A DNA stretch of 64,000 bases from contig OY776510.1 in the NCBI GenBank assembly GCA_963675665.1, forward strand, positions 2,752,001 to 2,816,000, given 5' to 3'. The DNA comes from Spirochaetia bacterium. Lineage in GTDB: Bacteria > Spirochaetota > Spirochaetia > UBA9216. Under the pieces are notes generated by a model, which was not told the DNA's origin, ran no database searches, and saw only the letters and a list, made by a program, of their open reading frames with translations. This document shows, piece by piece, positions 1 through 10,252 of this stretch (the first letter of the stretch is position 1; every line of letters begins with the position of its first letter). The position numbers and the translations under genes are program-made.

Positions 1-181
1 GAACATTATGGTGTACCGGGAAGGTGGGAACCCTGAAGCTTTTACCGCATTCAATAAAAGCATCCTCATTCTGATTAAACCGTATACTGTAGCCGGTTTT
101 CTGATCACTGATGTCTGCAAGCAATGCTGAAATCTCCGGATCAGAATACTTAAAATTTATAGTATCAAGCAACTTTTCCAT
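1..181 (-). CDS. Hypothetical protein, 5' part only (runs off the left edge)
   Basis: Open minus-strand frame from ATG at 181 (MEKLLDTINFKYSDPEISALLADISDQKTGYSIRFNQNEDAFIECGKSFRVPTFPVHHNV...) with no stop before position 1. An upstream in-frame ATG is also possible. Confidence 0.55.
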   Translation of the reverse strand, partial: MEKLLDTINFKYSDPEISALLADISDQKTGYSIRFNQNEDAFIECGKSFRVPTFPVHHNV

Positions 182-323
182 ATATAGATCAAAAATATAC
201 AACCATACTGAATTGAAATCAAGCCTGCTTTTAGTACTTGAAACAATTGATGTTTTCATGCATAATCGGACAACTACTTTTAACATTAATTTGGTTAACT
301 ATATCATTTTAAAGGAGCTCAGG

Positions 324-413
324 GTGCCCTGCGGAAGAAAACGAAAAAGACACAAGATAGCCACTCATAAAAGAAAGAAGAAACTGAGAAAGAACAGACA
401 CAAGAAGAAATAG
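324..413 (+). CDS. Small basic ribosomal protein bS22 / AURKAIP1-COX24 (mS38-like) family, 29 aa
   Basis: GTG start preceded by AAGGAG at 312-317. Product MPCGRKRKRHKIATHKRKKKLRKNRHKKK matches the bS22/COX24 pattern. Confidence 0.85.
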   Translation: MPCGRKRKRHKIATHKRKKKLRKNRHKKK

Positions 414-505
414 TTTTTAATATACTTTTTTAATGAAACTTTCAGTTGACATGTAGGTATTTGAGTACTATTATTCTGTTGAAATCTAATGTGGAGGGAC
501 AGTAA

Positions 506-676
506 ATGGCCTATAAAATCACAGATGAATGTTCCAATTGTGGCGCCTGCGAAGCAGAATGCCCAATGGAAGCAATCAGCGAAAAAGACGATATCAGATG
601 GATTGATCCTGATGTATGTACCAGTTGTGGTGCCTGCGCGGATGTTTGTCCTGTAGATGCAATCCTCGCTGACTAA
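506..676 (+). CDS. 2[4Fe-4S] clostridial-type ferredoxin, 56 aa (absent from ORF track)
   Basis: GGAGG RBS. MAYKITDECSNCGACEAECPMEAISEKDDIRWIDPDVCTSCGACADVCPVDAILAD has two CxxCxxCxxxCP motifs. Confidence 0.95.
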   Translation: MAYKITDECSNCGACEAECPMEAISEKDDIRWIDPDVCTSCGACADVCPVDAILAD

Positions 677-710
677 TCCCAATCAGGCCCTTTACGGGTC
701 ATAAATTATA

Positions 711-758
711 GAGCTGCCTATGCAATACTTTAAGTAATGCTTCAGGCGGCTTTTTTTA
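711..758 (+). terminator. Intrinsic terminator after ferredoxin
   Basis: GAGCTGCCT...AGGCGGCTT stem followed by a T-run. Confidence 0.6.
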
Positions 759-805
759 TTAACAATGAAAAATTATAAAAAATGATTCTGATACAGTGCT
801 GATGA

Positions 806-1696
806 TTAATCAGCGGTCTGAAGCTTTTTTAGAAGACGGTTGAAAGCTTCTGAACAGCTGAAAGTCAATATAAAGTACAGCCCGGTTATGACAATCCAAG
901 TTTCAAATGTAGCATAGGTAGAAGCCATAACCTGCATTCCCTGGAAAGAAAGTTCCGGCACCGATATTACGGATACAATCGCCGAATCCTTTATTGTTGA
1001 GATAAATTGCCCGGAAAGGGGCGGAAGAACATTTTTAAGGGCCTGGGGCAGAATAATATGCCTGAACTGGCACATCCTGGATAATCCTATTGAGTGGGCG
1101 GCTTCCCACTGGCCGCGCGGAATACTTTCAATACCCGATCTGACAATCTCGGTTATATAAGCGCCTTCATAGATGGCTATGCTTAATACTGCCGATGTAA
1201 ATTCATTTAACAGCTGCGGACGAATAAAAACAATTTTTATGAAGACCTGAAAGGCCGGGCCGGATCTGAGCACAGCTTCTTCAATTCCGAGATTATCAAG
1301 TATCTGGCTGCTGAAAAAAAAGTAAAATATAAATACAAGAACCAGAGGCGGTATGTTTCTGATAGAATTGACATACAGTCTTGCTATAAATCTTCCGAAG
1401 ACCCCGTTGTGCACCCGGAGAATCCCCATAAAGATGCCGAAAACACTGCCTGTGATGATTCCCCAGATGCTGAGTTTTATCGTCATCAGAAATCCGTTTA
1501 TGATTGCAGAAGAGGCAAGTCTGCCGGTTTTACTGTCAATACGGAACAGGTATTTGGGAATAATATCCCAGGACCATTCATAACGGATGTTTACCCTTAC
1601 CCTGTAAACGATGTAAATAATTGCAGCGGTAATACAGGCGATAATAATGAGGTCGATTAATTTAAACTGCTTTTTTTTTATTTGAGTCATGTACAC
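806..1696 (-). CDS. Polar amino-acid ABC transporter permease
   Basis: Hydrophobic, with RNIPPLV and the EAA loop (GQWEAAHSIGLS). HisM/GlnP-like. Confidence 0.92.
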   Translation of the reverse strand: MYMTQIKKKQFKLIDLIIIACITAAIIYIVYRVRVNIRYEWSWDIIPKYLFRIDSKTGRLASSAIINGFLMTIKLSIWGIITGSVFGIFMGILRVHNGVFGRFIARLYVNSIRNIPPLVLVFIFYFFFSSQILDNLGIEEAVLRSGPAFQVFIKIVFIRPQLLNEFTSAVLSIAIYEGAYITEIVRSGIESIPRGQWEAAHSIGLSRMCQFRHIILPQALKNVLPPLSGQFISTIKDSAIVSVISVPELSFQGMQVMASTYATFETWIVITGLYFILTFSCSEAFNRLLKKLQTAD

Positions 1697-1726
1697 CGCT
1701 TTCCGTATTGATACGGTTGTTATTAT

Positions 1727-2605
1727 CTAATCTGAGCCCAGATCTACCTGGTCCATCCAGTCTTCTCCCATGAACCAGTAGCGGTACCGGGAATCAAGAA
1801 AGCTGTCGGCCCATTTAAGCTGGATCCAGTTGTTCAGGAAATTCATAAAATCGTGCTCTCCCTTTCTGACGGCAAAAGCGATCGGCTCATTCCTGAAGAT
1901 TTCCGGATCGATTGGAATATAAAGCTTGTCAGGGTATTTTTCGGCCTGAAGCTGCGGGAAAGGAAAAGACGATACCCATGCATCGACGCGGCCGTTAAGA
2001 AGCTCCTGAATGCCCTGCGGTTCATCCTCAAAGAGCCTTACTTCGGCATTGGGCATAAACTGTTCTATGGCTACAGCTCCGGTGCTTCCTGTTCGTGTCG
2101 CAAGTATAATATCTTTCCTGTTAAAATCATCAAGCGATGAAAGCCCTCCTGCCCGATCTTTATTTGCAACAATCGATTGCCCGCTGTATTCATATGCATC
2201 GGAGAAATTTACCGAAATATTGCGCTCCGGCGTTATCGACATTCCGCCGATGATGATATCGAATTTTCCCGTCAGAAGGGCGGGGATTATTCCCGACCAT
2301 TTTGTCTGAATAAATTCTATCTCAACACCCATGTCCGCGGCAAGCTGTTTTGCAACGTCAACCTCAAAGCCGATCAAATCACCGTTTTTATCGATCATTG
2401 CCCAGGGAACAAATGTGGAGAGGCCTACCTTCAGAGTGCCCCTCCTTATGATATCATCAAGCTGACCAACCGCAGCATTTTCCGCGTTGCCGTTTTTTTC
2501 GACGGTTTCCGTATCGGACTTTCCGCCGCATGACATAAATACAGCAATGAATACCATTGCAAGAAATAGAGCCGTAAATTTAAATATTGTTTTTTTCATT
2601 AACAA
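1727..2605 (-). CDS. Polar amino-acid ABC transporter substrate-binding lipoprotein (family 3)
   Basis: Lipobox-like [27 protein letters not shown] motifs. Confidence 0.93.
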   Translation of the reverse strand: MLMKKTIFKFTALFLAMVFIAVFMSCGGKSDTETVEKNGNAENAAVGQLDDIIRRGTLKVGLSTFVPWAMIDKNGDLIGFEVDVAKQLAADMGVEIEFIQTKWSGIIPALLTGKFDIIIGGMSITPERNISVNFSDAYEYSGQSIVANKDRAGGLSSLDDFNRKDIILATRTGSTGAVAIEQFMPNAEVRLFEDEPQGIQELLNGRVDAWVSSFPFPQLQAEKYPDKLYIPIDPEIFRNEPIAFAVRKGEHDFMNFLNNWIQLKWADSFLDSRYRYWFMGEDWMDQVDLGSD

Positions 2606-3366
2606 CCTCCGTTATCAAGAATTTTACTTAAAAACAGCCTAGTCCGTTCCTTTTCAGGATTTTCAAAGAAGCGGTCAACACTGTTCTGTTCTACAATTTT
2701 ACCTTCATCCATAAAAATTATTCGATCTCCGACTTCGCGGGCAAACCCCATCTCATGGGTGACGACAAGCATTGTCATGCCTTCATGGGCAAGTTCCTTC
2801 ATGACCTCAAGGACCTCTCCGACCATTTCAGGATCAAGCGCGCTTGTTGGTTCGTCAAACATCATTACAAGGGGTTTCATTGCAAGCGCCCTTGCAATGG
2901 CGACTCGCTGCTGCTGTCCTCCGCTTAACTGACGCGGGTAGGCATCGATTTTATCCATGATTCCCACTTTTTCGAGCAGCTGTCCGATATGTTTGTCTAT
3001 ATCGGCAAGTTCCTGCTTTCTGGCATACCTTGGGCCTGTTCTGATATTGTCGCGTACAGTCATATGAGGAAAAAGGTTGAAATTCTGAAATACCATTCCA
3101 ACTTCGGTACGGATTTTCAGCCTGTTGCGTGCATGCTCATCGAGGGGAGTATTATCAATTACTATTTTGCCGCTGTCTGTTTCTTCGAGTCCGTTAAGGC
3201 AACGCAGCAGGGTTGATTTGCCTGAACCCGACGGACCGATTATTACGACAACTTCTTTTTGTTTTATCTCCAGAGAAAAATCCTGGAGGGCCCTGATGTT
3301 TTTACCATATGTTTTATTGATTGAGTCTATACTGATGATAGTTTTACCAAGGACTTTTTTTATCAT
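2599..3366 (-). CDS. Polar amino-acid ABC transporter ATP-binding protein (GlnQ-like)
   Basis: GPSGSGKS Walker [10 protein letters not shown] signature, [11 protein letters not shown]. Confidence 0.95.
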   Translation of the reverse strand: MIKKVLGKTIISIDSINKTYGKNIRALQDFSLEIKQKEVVVIIGPSGSGKSTLLRCLNGLEETDSGKIVIDNTPLDEHARNRLKIRTEVGMVFQNFNLFPHMTVRDNIRTGPRYARKQELADIDKHIGQLLEKVGIMDKIDAYPRQLSGGQQQRVAIARALAMKPLVMMFDEPTSALDPEMVGEVLEVMKELAHEGMTMLVVTHEMGFAREVGDRIIFMDEGKIVEQNSVDRFFENPEKERTRLFLSKILDNGGC

Positions 3367-4208
3367 ATTTCAACCTTTTTGAGGTTAATTTCGATTTTTT
3401 GAATTATTATTGAAAGCACTATATTAACTATAAGATAAACTGCTGCAACAGTAAACCAGATTTCAAAAGTCAGGAAGGTTTTTGCTATTGCAACCTGCCC
3501 CCGCATGGTCAGTTCGTAGATTGCTATTGTGGAAACGAGAGCTGAATCCTTTACAAGCGAAATCGCCTGGCTTGCAAGCATCGGTAAAACCTGCCTGAAA
3601 GCCTGCGGCAGAATGATCTGCTGATATGTCTGTCGGCGGCTGAGTCCTATGCTGTATGCAGCTTCCCACTGGCCCTTGTCTATTGAGATAATGCCGGAAC
3701 GGATAATCTCGGATGCATATGCACCCTCAAAAAGGCTTAAAGCCAGTACTGCTGATGCTATTCTACCTGTCCCGAGAATCGGTGCGATTACAAAATAGAT
3801 AAGAAAAAGCTGGATTAACAGCGGTGTGTTTCTGATAATTTCAAGATAAAATCTTGATACAAGGTTTGCCGTTACTGAATCTGAAAGCCTGAAGATAGCG
3901 GTAATAAAACCGAAAATTATCGCTAACACAAGAGAAACGGCTGATATGGCAAGCGTAACTGCAAGTCCGGTCAAGAGAGGTCCCGGCTTTATTCCTGATT
4001 TATCAAGAACTATCAGGTAGTCGGGAATCCTGTACCATTGCCAGCGATATTTTAATCCTTGTATTCCGTTGGAAACAAGAATTATAATTATCAAAGAAAA
4101 AACAAGGAATTTAACTGTTTCAAAAATTGCGGGATTTTTTATTCTCAGCACATGGAGTTTGTGCCTGAAGATTTCCACTTTTTCAGATATAATCTGAATC
4201 AAGATCAT
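3363..4208 (-). CDS. Polar amino-acid ABC transporter permease
   Basis: [10 protein letters not shown] and [12 protein letters not shown] motifs. First gene of a 4-gene ABC operon. Confidence 0.92.
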   Translation of the reverse strand: MILIQIISEKVEIFRHKLHVLRIKNPAIFETVKFLVFSLIIIILVSNGIQGLKYRWQWYRIPDYLIVLDKSGIKPGPLLTGLAVTLAISAVSLVLAIIFGFITAIFRLSDSVTANLVSRFYLEIIRNTPLLIQLFLIYFVIAPILGTGRIASAVLALSLFEGAYASEIIRSGIISIDKGQWEAAYSIGLSRRQTYQQIILPQAFRQVLPMLASQAISLVKDSALVSTIAIYELTMRGQVAIAKTFLTFEIWFTVAAVYLIVNIVLSIIIQKIEINLKKVEI

Positions 4209-4280
4209 AAAGAAATAGTAAATAAGCAGACTGTTTTAGTCAAGCTTTTATAATGCTAAATTATTACGGGACATTTATTT

Positions 4281-5627
4281 ATGTTAATGAAAGTACTGAG
4301 CAATGAAAACAGCAGCCGTATTTTTGATACTGCCTGTAAAATCCTCCATCTAAAAGGGATCCGGGTTGATAATCATGAAACAACGGAAAGGCTGAAAAGC
4401 GAAGGATGCAGGCTTTCAGAAAAAGGAAGGCTGCTTTTCCACGAAGGCCTTGTGCATAGGGTGATAGAAACGGTTCCATCGGAGATTGTTTTACACAACA
4501 GCAGCGGAAATCCAGCAGCCAGGATAAAAAAAAGGTGCGGCGATGCAGACTCCCGGTGTGAGCGGAGATATCTTGCCGCAGGACTGAATTGCATTGATAT
4601 GTACGACCGGCATGACGGAAGCCGTCGCCCCGGCACGCTCTTCGATGTGGCTGAAGCTGCGACAGTCTGTGAGAGTCTGGATCGTATTGATATTGCCGCG
4701 CCTCTGTGCACACCTTCTGACATCCCCCCGGACCTGCAGGCCCTGGAGGCGGTGAAGGCTGTAACACGTAATACCGGCAAGCCTGTGGCTTTTACTGCGC
4801 ACGATAATTCCGAGGCGGAATCAATATGGCGGCATCTTGCTGATGAAGCCGGCGGAATGTCCGCCCTGTCAGTCAAACCCTGCGGGCTGGATTTAACCGG
4901 ACCTACATCTCCTCTTTATATCGGGGAAGAAGCTGTTCTTCGCCTCCGGTTTGCCGCACGGCATAATCTGCCTGTAGTCTGTTACCCCGGAATAATTCCC
5001 GGCGCCGCTTCGCCTGTAACCCTTTCAGGGGCGCTTGCGCAGTCTGGAGCGGAAATACTTGCCGGCATTGTAATCCACCAGCTGGAAAATCCCGGCGCCC
5101 CGGTAATGTCCGGTTCGGCGATACTCCCGATGGATATGCGTACAGGCTCTATAACATACGGTTCGCCGGAGTATGCGCTTGCATGTGCTGCGGCAGTAGA
5201 CTTTTTCTCGTTTATTGGGATTCCGTCCTGGACCGGCGGCGGCTGTTCCGATTCGGCTTTGCCGGACGCCCGGGCTGCAGCCGAAGCCCAGCTGACAATG
5301 AATGCGGCGGTTTTCTCGGATACAACCCTTATTCATAATGCCGGATACCTGGCGTCGGGTCGGTGCGGGTCTCTAGAGATGCTTGTGCTTGCCGACGAAC
5401 TGATTAAATTGAACGAAAGAATGGAAACAGGAATTGACTGTTCTGAAAATGCAATAGGGTTTGATTTGATAATGAGCGCAGAATGCGGTGATGATTATAT
5501 GGGCAGCGGGCATACAATAGAGCGAATGCGCTCTGAAATGTATTATTCACCGTTTTTCACCAGGGGGACGGCAGAAAGCCCGGATATCTGGAAAAAGGCA
5601 GTAGAAAAGCTTGAGTCTATTCTTTGA
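4281..5627 (+). CDS. Trimethylamine methyltransferase (MttB) superfamily protein, non-pyrrolysine
   Basis: SPL, GAASPVTLSGALAQ, AEILAGIV, PGAPVMSG, DMRTGSITYGSPE, GCSDS motifs. No in-frame amber codon. Confidence 0.85.
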   Translation: MLMKVLSNENSSRIFDTACKILHLKGIRVDNHETTERLKSEGCRLSEKGRLLFHEGLVHRVIETVPSEIVLHNSSGNPAARIKKRCGDADSRCERRYLAAGLNCIDMYDRHDGSRRPGTLFDVAEAATVCESLDRIDIAAPLCTPSDIPPDLQALEAVKAVTRNTGKPVAFTAHDNSEAESIWRHLADEAGGMSALSVKPCGLDLTGPTSPLYIGEEAVLRLRFAARHNLPVVCYPGIIPGAASPVTLSGALAQSGAEILAGIVIHQLENPGAPVMSGSAILPMDMRTGSITYGSPEYALACAAAVDFFSFIGIPSWTGGGCSDSALPDARAAAEAQLTMNAAVFSDTTLIHNAGYLASGRCGSLEMLVLADELIKLNERMETGIDCSENAIGFDLIMSAECGDDYMGSGHTIERMRSEMYYSPFFTRGTAESPDIWKKAVEKLESIL

Positions 5628-6474
5628 GTTGCGCCGGATTTAGCCTGTCAACCGGGCCGCGGTAAGGAACTTCTCTTCCACCGGTTTTCGGCCTGAAAGG
5701 TTTTGAGTTATACATTATTGCCTGGGTTGGGCAGAAATTATAGCAGCGCATACAGAAATTACAGCTGTCCTGAAACTCCGGAAAACCGCCGCAGTCTTCA
5801 TTGCCGAAAATTATATTTTCTACCGGGCAGAGTTTAATACATTGCCCGCATCGGGTACATTTATCTGGGGCAATGCTGAAGAGGTTCTGATACGCCGGCA
5901 GCATCTTTCGAAAGGGCGCTCGCTGCATCAGTCCCAAAAGATTCGACACAAAGGACGTGCCCTGCAGAAACTGCCTGTTTCGGGATACCATCCCGGCCAG
6001 TGTTTCAAGCCTTGATTCTGAACGGTTCAGAGTTTTTGAGAGTTTGGCGGTATTATTTGAAAAACTGAAAATAAAACCCGGGACGGATATATTGTTCGGC
6101 ATCTTAAGATGAAGAGCCCAGTTGATTTTATATCCCCTGTTTTCTATTAACTGGTGTTCCATCCATGCCCCGTCTCCTGAGAAGAGCAATTGAGTACATA
6201 CTATTCCGAATTGTTTTGGTCCGGATTCTTTCGGAACATCGGGTAGTCTGCTTATAAATTCTTTTATAATTTCCGGCCTGTCTGAACCGTATATTGGATA
6301 GAACAGGAAAATAATATCTGATTTCGCGCAAGTATCTGCTGTCAGTTCCTGTTTATGCTCTACTGATATCGTCTTAACACTGAATCCTGCACCGGCCAGT
6401 TTTCCGGCAAACCTGTTTGCAGCCCACCAGGTGTTTCCTGTTCCCGAGAAATAGAAAATTGATATATTTTTCAT
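5617..6474 (-). CDS. EFR1-family flavodoxin-ferredoxin fusion protein
   Basis: YFSGTGNT flavodoxin loop, MPNN motif, two CxxCxxCxxxCP clusters. Confidence 0.88.
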   Translation of the reverse strand: MKNISIFYFSGTGNTWWAANRFAGKLAGAGFSVKTISVEHKQELTADTCAKSDIIFLFYPIYGSDRPEIIKEFISRLPDVPKESGPKQFGIVCTQLLFSGDGAWMEHQLIENRGYKINWALHLKMPNNISVPGFIFSFSNNTAKLSKTLNRSESRLETLAGMVSRNRQFLQGTSFVSNLLGLMQRAPFRKMLPAYQNLFSIAPDKCTRCGQCIKLCPVENIIFGNEDCGGFPEFQDSCNFCMRCYNFCPTQAIMYNSKPFRPKTGGREVPYRGPVDRLNPAQLKE

Positions 6475-6536
6475 AATGTAAGCTTACCATGGAAAACTCA
6501 TAATGGTATATTAGTAAAGTACAAGGAATTATAATT

Positions 6537-7973
6537 ATGAGAGGTGCTATGAAAAAGCAGACAAAGATTGTTGCGACAATCTCGGACAGGCATTGTGATA
6601 TTGAATTTATCAGAAAGCTGGTTGAAAGGGGAGTGGATGTCTTCAGGCTTAATACGGCACATCAAAGCCCTGATGATTCGATAAAGGTTATAAAAAATAT
6701 CCGGGCAGTATCGGATTTTACCGGTATATTAATTGATACGAAGGGGCCGGAGGTTAGAACGTCCGGAATATCTAAAGAGATAGAGGTGAAAACCGGAGAC
6801 AGGGTAGTGTTTACTGCATCGGAAATTCAGACTTTAAATGATGATTCAACTGATGCCCATATACCTGTTTCATACGAAAGAATTGCCGAAGATGTGCCGC
6901 CGGGCTCGACAATTCTTATTGATGACGGAGATATTGCTTTCAGTGTTACAGAAAAAATAAACAGCAGATTATATGCAACAGCGGAAAATGACGGAACGGT
7001 TAAAAACAGGAAAAGCGTCAATATTCCGGGGGTACATTTGAATCTGCCTGCACTTACCGAAAAGGACAGGGAGTACATCAGGTTTGCCGCTGAAAACGGG
7101 GTGGATTTTGTAGCTCATTCGTTTGTCAGAAATGCTGAAGATGTTAAAGAAATCAGGGAAATTCTTGATGCATACAACAGTACTGTGAAGATTATTGCAA
7201 AAATTGAAAACCGGGAAGGTGTTGATAATGCGAAGAGTATTCTCAAAGTCTGTCGCGGACTAATGGTTGCCCGTGGAGATCTCGGAATAGAGATTCCGGC
7301 GGAAGAAGTTCCGGCCATACAGAAAAGACTGATCAAATATTGTGTAAAAAGGGCGAAGCCGGTAATTACAGCTACCCAGATGCTGCAATCGATGATTGAT
7401 AACCCTCGTCCTACCAGGGCTGAGGTAAGCGATGTCGCAAATGCTGTTCTGGACGGCAGTGCGGCGTTGATGTTGAGCGGCGAGACCGCCTACGGTAAAT
7501 ACCCGCTTGAAGCGGTAGAAACAATGGTAAAGGTGGCTCAGGCTGCAGAGAACAGTCGTAAAGGATTATGGAAGCATGATCTTGTTGAGAAGTCCGGAAC
7601 AGTCAGGAAATTTCTTGTTCACTCGGCAATCGAGGCATCGGAGCAGCTTCCGATTAAGGCAATTATTGTTCATACCTATTCAGGGCTGACGGCAAGGCTG
7701 ATTTCATCATTCAGGGGCCGTATCCCCATCTTTGTCCGTTGTCATGAACAGAGAATCGCGCGGGAACTTTCACTTTCCTACGGCTTGTATCCTGAAATAA
7801 TAGAACTGCCGGAATCAACTGATGATCTGATTTCAAGTTCGGTCAGCCCTCTGCTTGAAAAAAAAGTGCTTGAAGGTGATGATATGATTGTTGTTCTTGC
7901 AGGAAGTCCCCCGCTTAACACAAACGAATCAAATATGATTGAGATAAACACCGTCTCAAATTTTATTTTATAG
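6537..7973 (+). CDS. pyk: Pyruvate kinase
   Basis: TKIVAT, DTKGPEVR, IIAKIE, MVARGDLG, ATQML, PTRAE, MLSGETA. Confidence 0.97.
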   Translation: MRGAMKKQTKIVATISDRHCDIEFIRKLVERGVDVFRLNTAHQSPDDSIKVIKNIRAVSDFTGILIDTKGPEVRTSGISKEIEVKTGDRVVFTASEIQTLNDDSTDAHIPVSYERIAEDVPPGSTILIDDGDIAFSVTEKINSRLYATAENDGTVKNRKSVNIPGVHLNLPALTEKDREYIRFAAENGVDFVAHSFVRNAEDVKEIREILDAYNSTVKIIAKIENREGVDNAKSILKVCRGLMVARGDLGIEIPAEEVPAIQKRLIKYCVKRAKPVITATQMLQSMIDNPRPTRAEVSDVANAVLDGSAALMLSGETAYGKYPLEAVETMVKVAQAAENSRKGLWKHDLVEKSGTVRKFLVHSAIEASEQLPIKAIIVHTYSGLTARLISSFRGRIPIFVRCHEQRIARELSLSYGLYPEIIELPESTDDLISSSVSPLLEKKVLEGDDMIVVLAGSPPLNTNESNMIEINTVSNFIL

Positions 7974-8000
7974 AAGATGTGAATTTACAGGAGGCATATT

Positions 8001-8975
8001 ATGAAAAAACTAAATTGGGGTGTTCTCGGTATCAGCAATCATTACAGGTTGAGAATCCACCTGCCGCTTTCCGGGTATGACGGTGCCCTGCTTTATGGAA
8101 TTGCGTCCCGCGACGGTAAGCGTGCCGCTGAAGCGGCAGAAAAACTCGGTTTCAGCCGTGCTTTCAGCAGCTACCAGCAATTGCTTGATGACGACAACAT
8201 AGACGCTGTATACCTGCCGCTTCCGAATCATCTGCACCTCGAATGGATTAAAAAGGCTGCTGATGCGGGGAAACATGTTATATGCGAAAAACCGCTATGC
8301 CTTTCTGCAGAAGAGGTCGATGAAGCCTTTGCATATTGTGCCGACAGGGAAGTGTTTCTTATAGAAGCTTTCATGTTCAGGTTTCATCCTCAATGGGAAA
8401 GGGTTAAAGATATAATTAATACCGGAGAAATAGGAACTGTTAAATCGATTCAATGTATTTTTTCATATAATAATACAGATCCCGGGAATATCCGGAACCA
8501 GGCAGCTGCCGGAGGAGGTGCATTGCGTGATATAGGCTGTTATGGAATAGCAGTTTCCCGATTTGTAATGGATCGGGAACCGTCAGGGGTACAGAGCCTG
8601 ATTGTCAGGGATCCTGTTTTTAAAACCGATGAACTGACGTCTTTCATGCTTGATTATGGTAACTGTCACAGCCTTGTCACGGTTTCAACCCAGCTTAATT
8701 CGGCCCAGAATGTCCGGATCACCGGTACCGGCGGCAGTATAGAGGTCATGATTCCGTTCAACATTTATAATGATGTTCCGGCCGAAGTAAAGGTCATAAC
8801 AGGTGTGGGCGAGAGGATTGTCCGTACTGAAGCAGTCGATCAGTATCGTTGTGAGTTTGAGAATTTCACAAACGCAGTATTGAAAAACGACACTGGTTTT
8901 TTTTCCATGATGGAAACATTCTCAAAGCAAATTCAAAGTATAATGGATTCTGTTTTTAAAGCCGGAAAACAGTGA
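8001..8975 (+). CDS. Gfo/Idh/MocA family oxidoreductase
   Basis: AVYLPLPNHLH, GKHVICEKP, GGGALRDIGCY. Confidence 0.92.
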   Translation: MKKLNWGVLGISNHYRLRIHLPLSGYDGALLYGIASRDGKRAAEAAEKLGFSRAFSSYQQLLDDDNIDAVYLPLPNHLHLEWIKKAADAGKHVICEKPLCLSAEEVDEAFAYCADREVFLIEAFMFRFHPQWERVKDIINTGEIGTVKSIQCIFSYNNTDPGNIRNQAAAGGGALRDIGCYGIAVSRFVMDREPSGVQSLIVRDPVFKTDELTSFMLDYGNCHSLVTVSTQLNSAQNVRITGTGGSIEVMIPFNIYNDVPAEVKVITGVGERIVRTEAVDQYRCEFENFTNAVLKNDTGFFSMMETFSKQIQSIMDSVFKAGKQ

Positions 8976-9910
8976 TAGAGAAGAATTTACTATCCAAAAT
9001 TGCTTATTATTATTATAAACTTGAACTGACGCAGAATGAAATAGCAGCAAAGCTTGGAATGTCCAGACAAAGGGTAAACAGGCTGCTAAAACGGTGCCGT
9101 GATGAAGGTATTGTGGAGATTCGGATTTCAGGGTTTAACGAGAGCTATATCGAACTTGAAGGCAGAATAGAGACAGTTTACGGTTTAAAACAGGTGATAA
9201 TTACTCCCGAGGCTGAACCCGGTCAGCTTTATGATGTTCTGGGAGTTGCCGCTGCCGGCTATATACGTCAATCTGTCGGCAGCCAGAAGATAATCGGGAT
9301 ATCCTGGGGCAGAACAATGTATTCGATGGCCCAGCATCTGCCTGAGACGGCAGGAGTCTTTCCTGAACTGAAGGTGGTGCAGCTTGTCGGCAACATGGGG
9401 TCGCTCAATCGTGACGTCCAGCCTGATGAGGTTACAAGATTGCTGGCTGCAAAGCTTGGCGCTGTTCCGGTTTTGCTTTACGCTCCGGTTTATATGAAAA
9501 ACAAGGTCGCCAAATTTACGCTGGTTCATGAAGAGAGTATTAAATCCGTACTTGATCTGATGCCGCAATGCGAGTCCATGTTCTGCAGTGTGTCGGGAAT
9601 TGATCACAATTACCGGTGGCTAAACCAGACAGTAATAGAAGAAAGTTTTATTGAGGAACTGCAGTCAAAAAATGCAGTGGGCAATATATGTTTGAGATAT
9701 TTCGATATAAACGGAAACTGTATTGATTCCGAACTTCACAGGCTTGAAGTAGGAATAGACGGACAGACAATAAAGAGTATTCCGAATGTTGTATGCGCCG
9801 CCGGCGGGCCTGAAAAACGGCAGGCGATCCTGTCCGCGATCAGGGGCGGTTTCATTGATACGCTGATAACCGACAAGGGTACAGCCGATTTTCTTGTTAA
9901 GCAGGGTTAA
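8972..9910 (+). CDS. SorC/DeoR-type sugar-binding transcriptional regulator
   Basis: N-terminal HTH (TQNEIAAKLGMSRQRVNRLL), ISWGRT, GNICLRYFD, LITD. Confidence 0.92.
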   Translation: MIEKNLLSKIAYYYYKLELTQNEIAAKLGMSRQRVNRLLKRCRDEGIVEIRISGFNESYIELEGRIETVYGLKQVIITPEAEPGQLYDVLGVAAAGYIRQSVGSQKIIGISWGRTMYSMAQHLPETAGVFPELKVVQLVGNMGSLNRDVQPDEVTRLLAAKLGAVPVLLYAPVYMKNKVAKFTLVHEESIKSVLDLMPQCESMFCSVSGIDHNYRWLNQTVIEESFIEELQSKNAVGNICLRYFDINGNCIDSELHRLEVGIDGQTIKSIPNVVCAAGGPEKRQAILSAIRGGFIDTLITDKGTADFLVKQG

Positions 9911-9938
9911 AAAAGCTGCCCGGCTTCCGCCGGGCAGC
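9909..9938 (-). terminator. Intrinsic terminator at convergent gene ends (PTS operon)
   Basis: Perfect GCTGCCCGGC-TTCC-GCCGGGCAGC stem, with an A6 run on its left giving a U-tract on the minus strand. Confidence 0.75.
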
Positions 9939-9964
9939 ACTGGTTTTGCAACAAAGTCGGGGAA

Positions 9965-10249
9965 TCAGATTTTTACAGCTTCATTGATTTTTTCAAAATC
10001 TGATTCGATTAAAAGCTTCAGTTCTTCTATCGCCGCATCCTCATCGGCGCCTTCTGCGGAAATTCTGATCGTATCATTCTGAGACACATTCAGAAGTATC
10101 ACCTTGATAATGTTTTTGGCATTAGCTGTTTTTTCATCTTTTGATATCTTTATGTCGGATTCAAAGAGTTTTGCAGTTCTGACAAAAACATCTGCAGGCC
10201 GGGAATGCAGGCCTGTTTCGTTTTTGACCGTTATTTCAAGTTCTTTCAT
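9965..10249 (-). CDS. HPr-family phosphocarrier protein
   Basis: GLHSRPA (His15 motif), ISAEGADE. Confidence 0.93.
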   Translation of the reverse strand: MKELEITVKNETGLHSRPADVFVRTAKLFESDIKISKDEKTANAKNIIKVILLNVSQNDTIRISAEGADEDAAIEELKLLIESDFEKINEAVKI

Positions 10250-10252
10250 TCA

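Noticed and set aside
111-323. N-terminal extension of the 100-aa ORF 111..413
   Set aside because: It overlaps an opposite-strand gene. A strong SD supports the GTG start at 324 instead.
365-682. 105-aa minus-strand ORF
   Set aside because: Antisense shadow of the ferredoxin and bS22 genes.
4281-5627. Pyrrolysine recoding in the MttB homologue
   Set aside because: The frame is open throughout with no internal TAG, and no pyl genes are present in the window.
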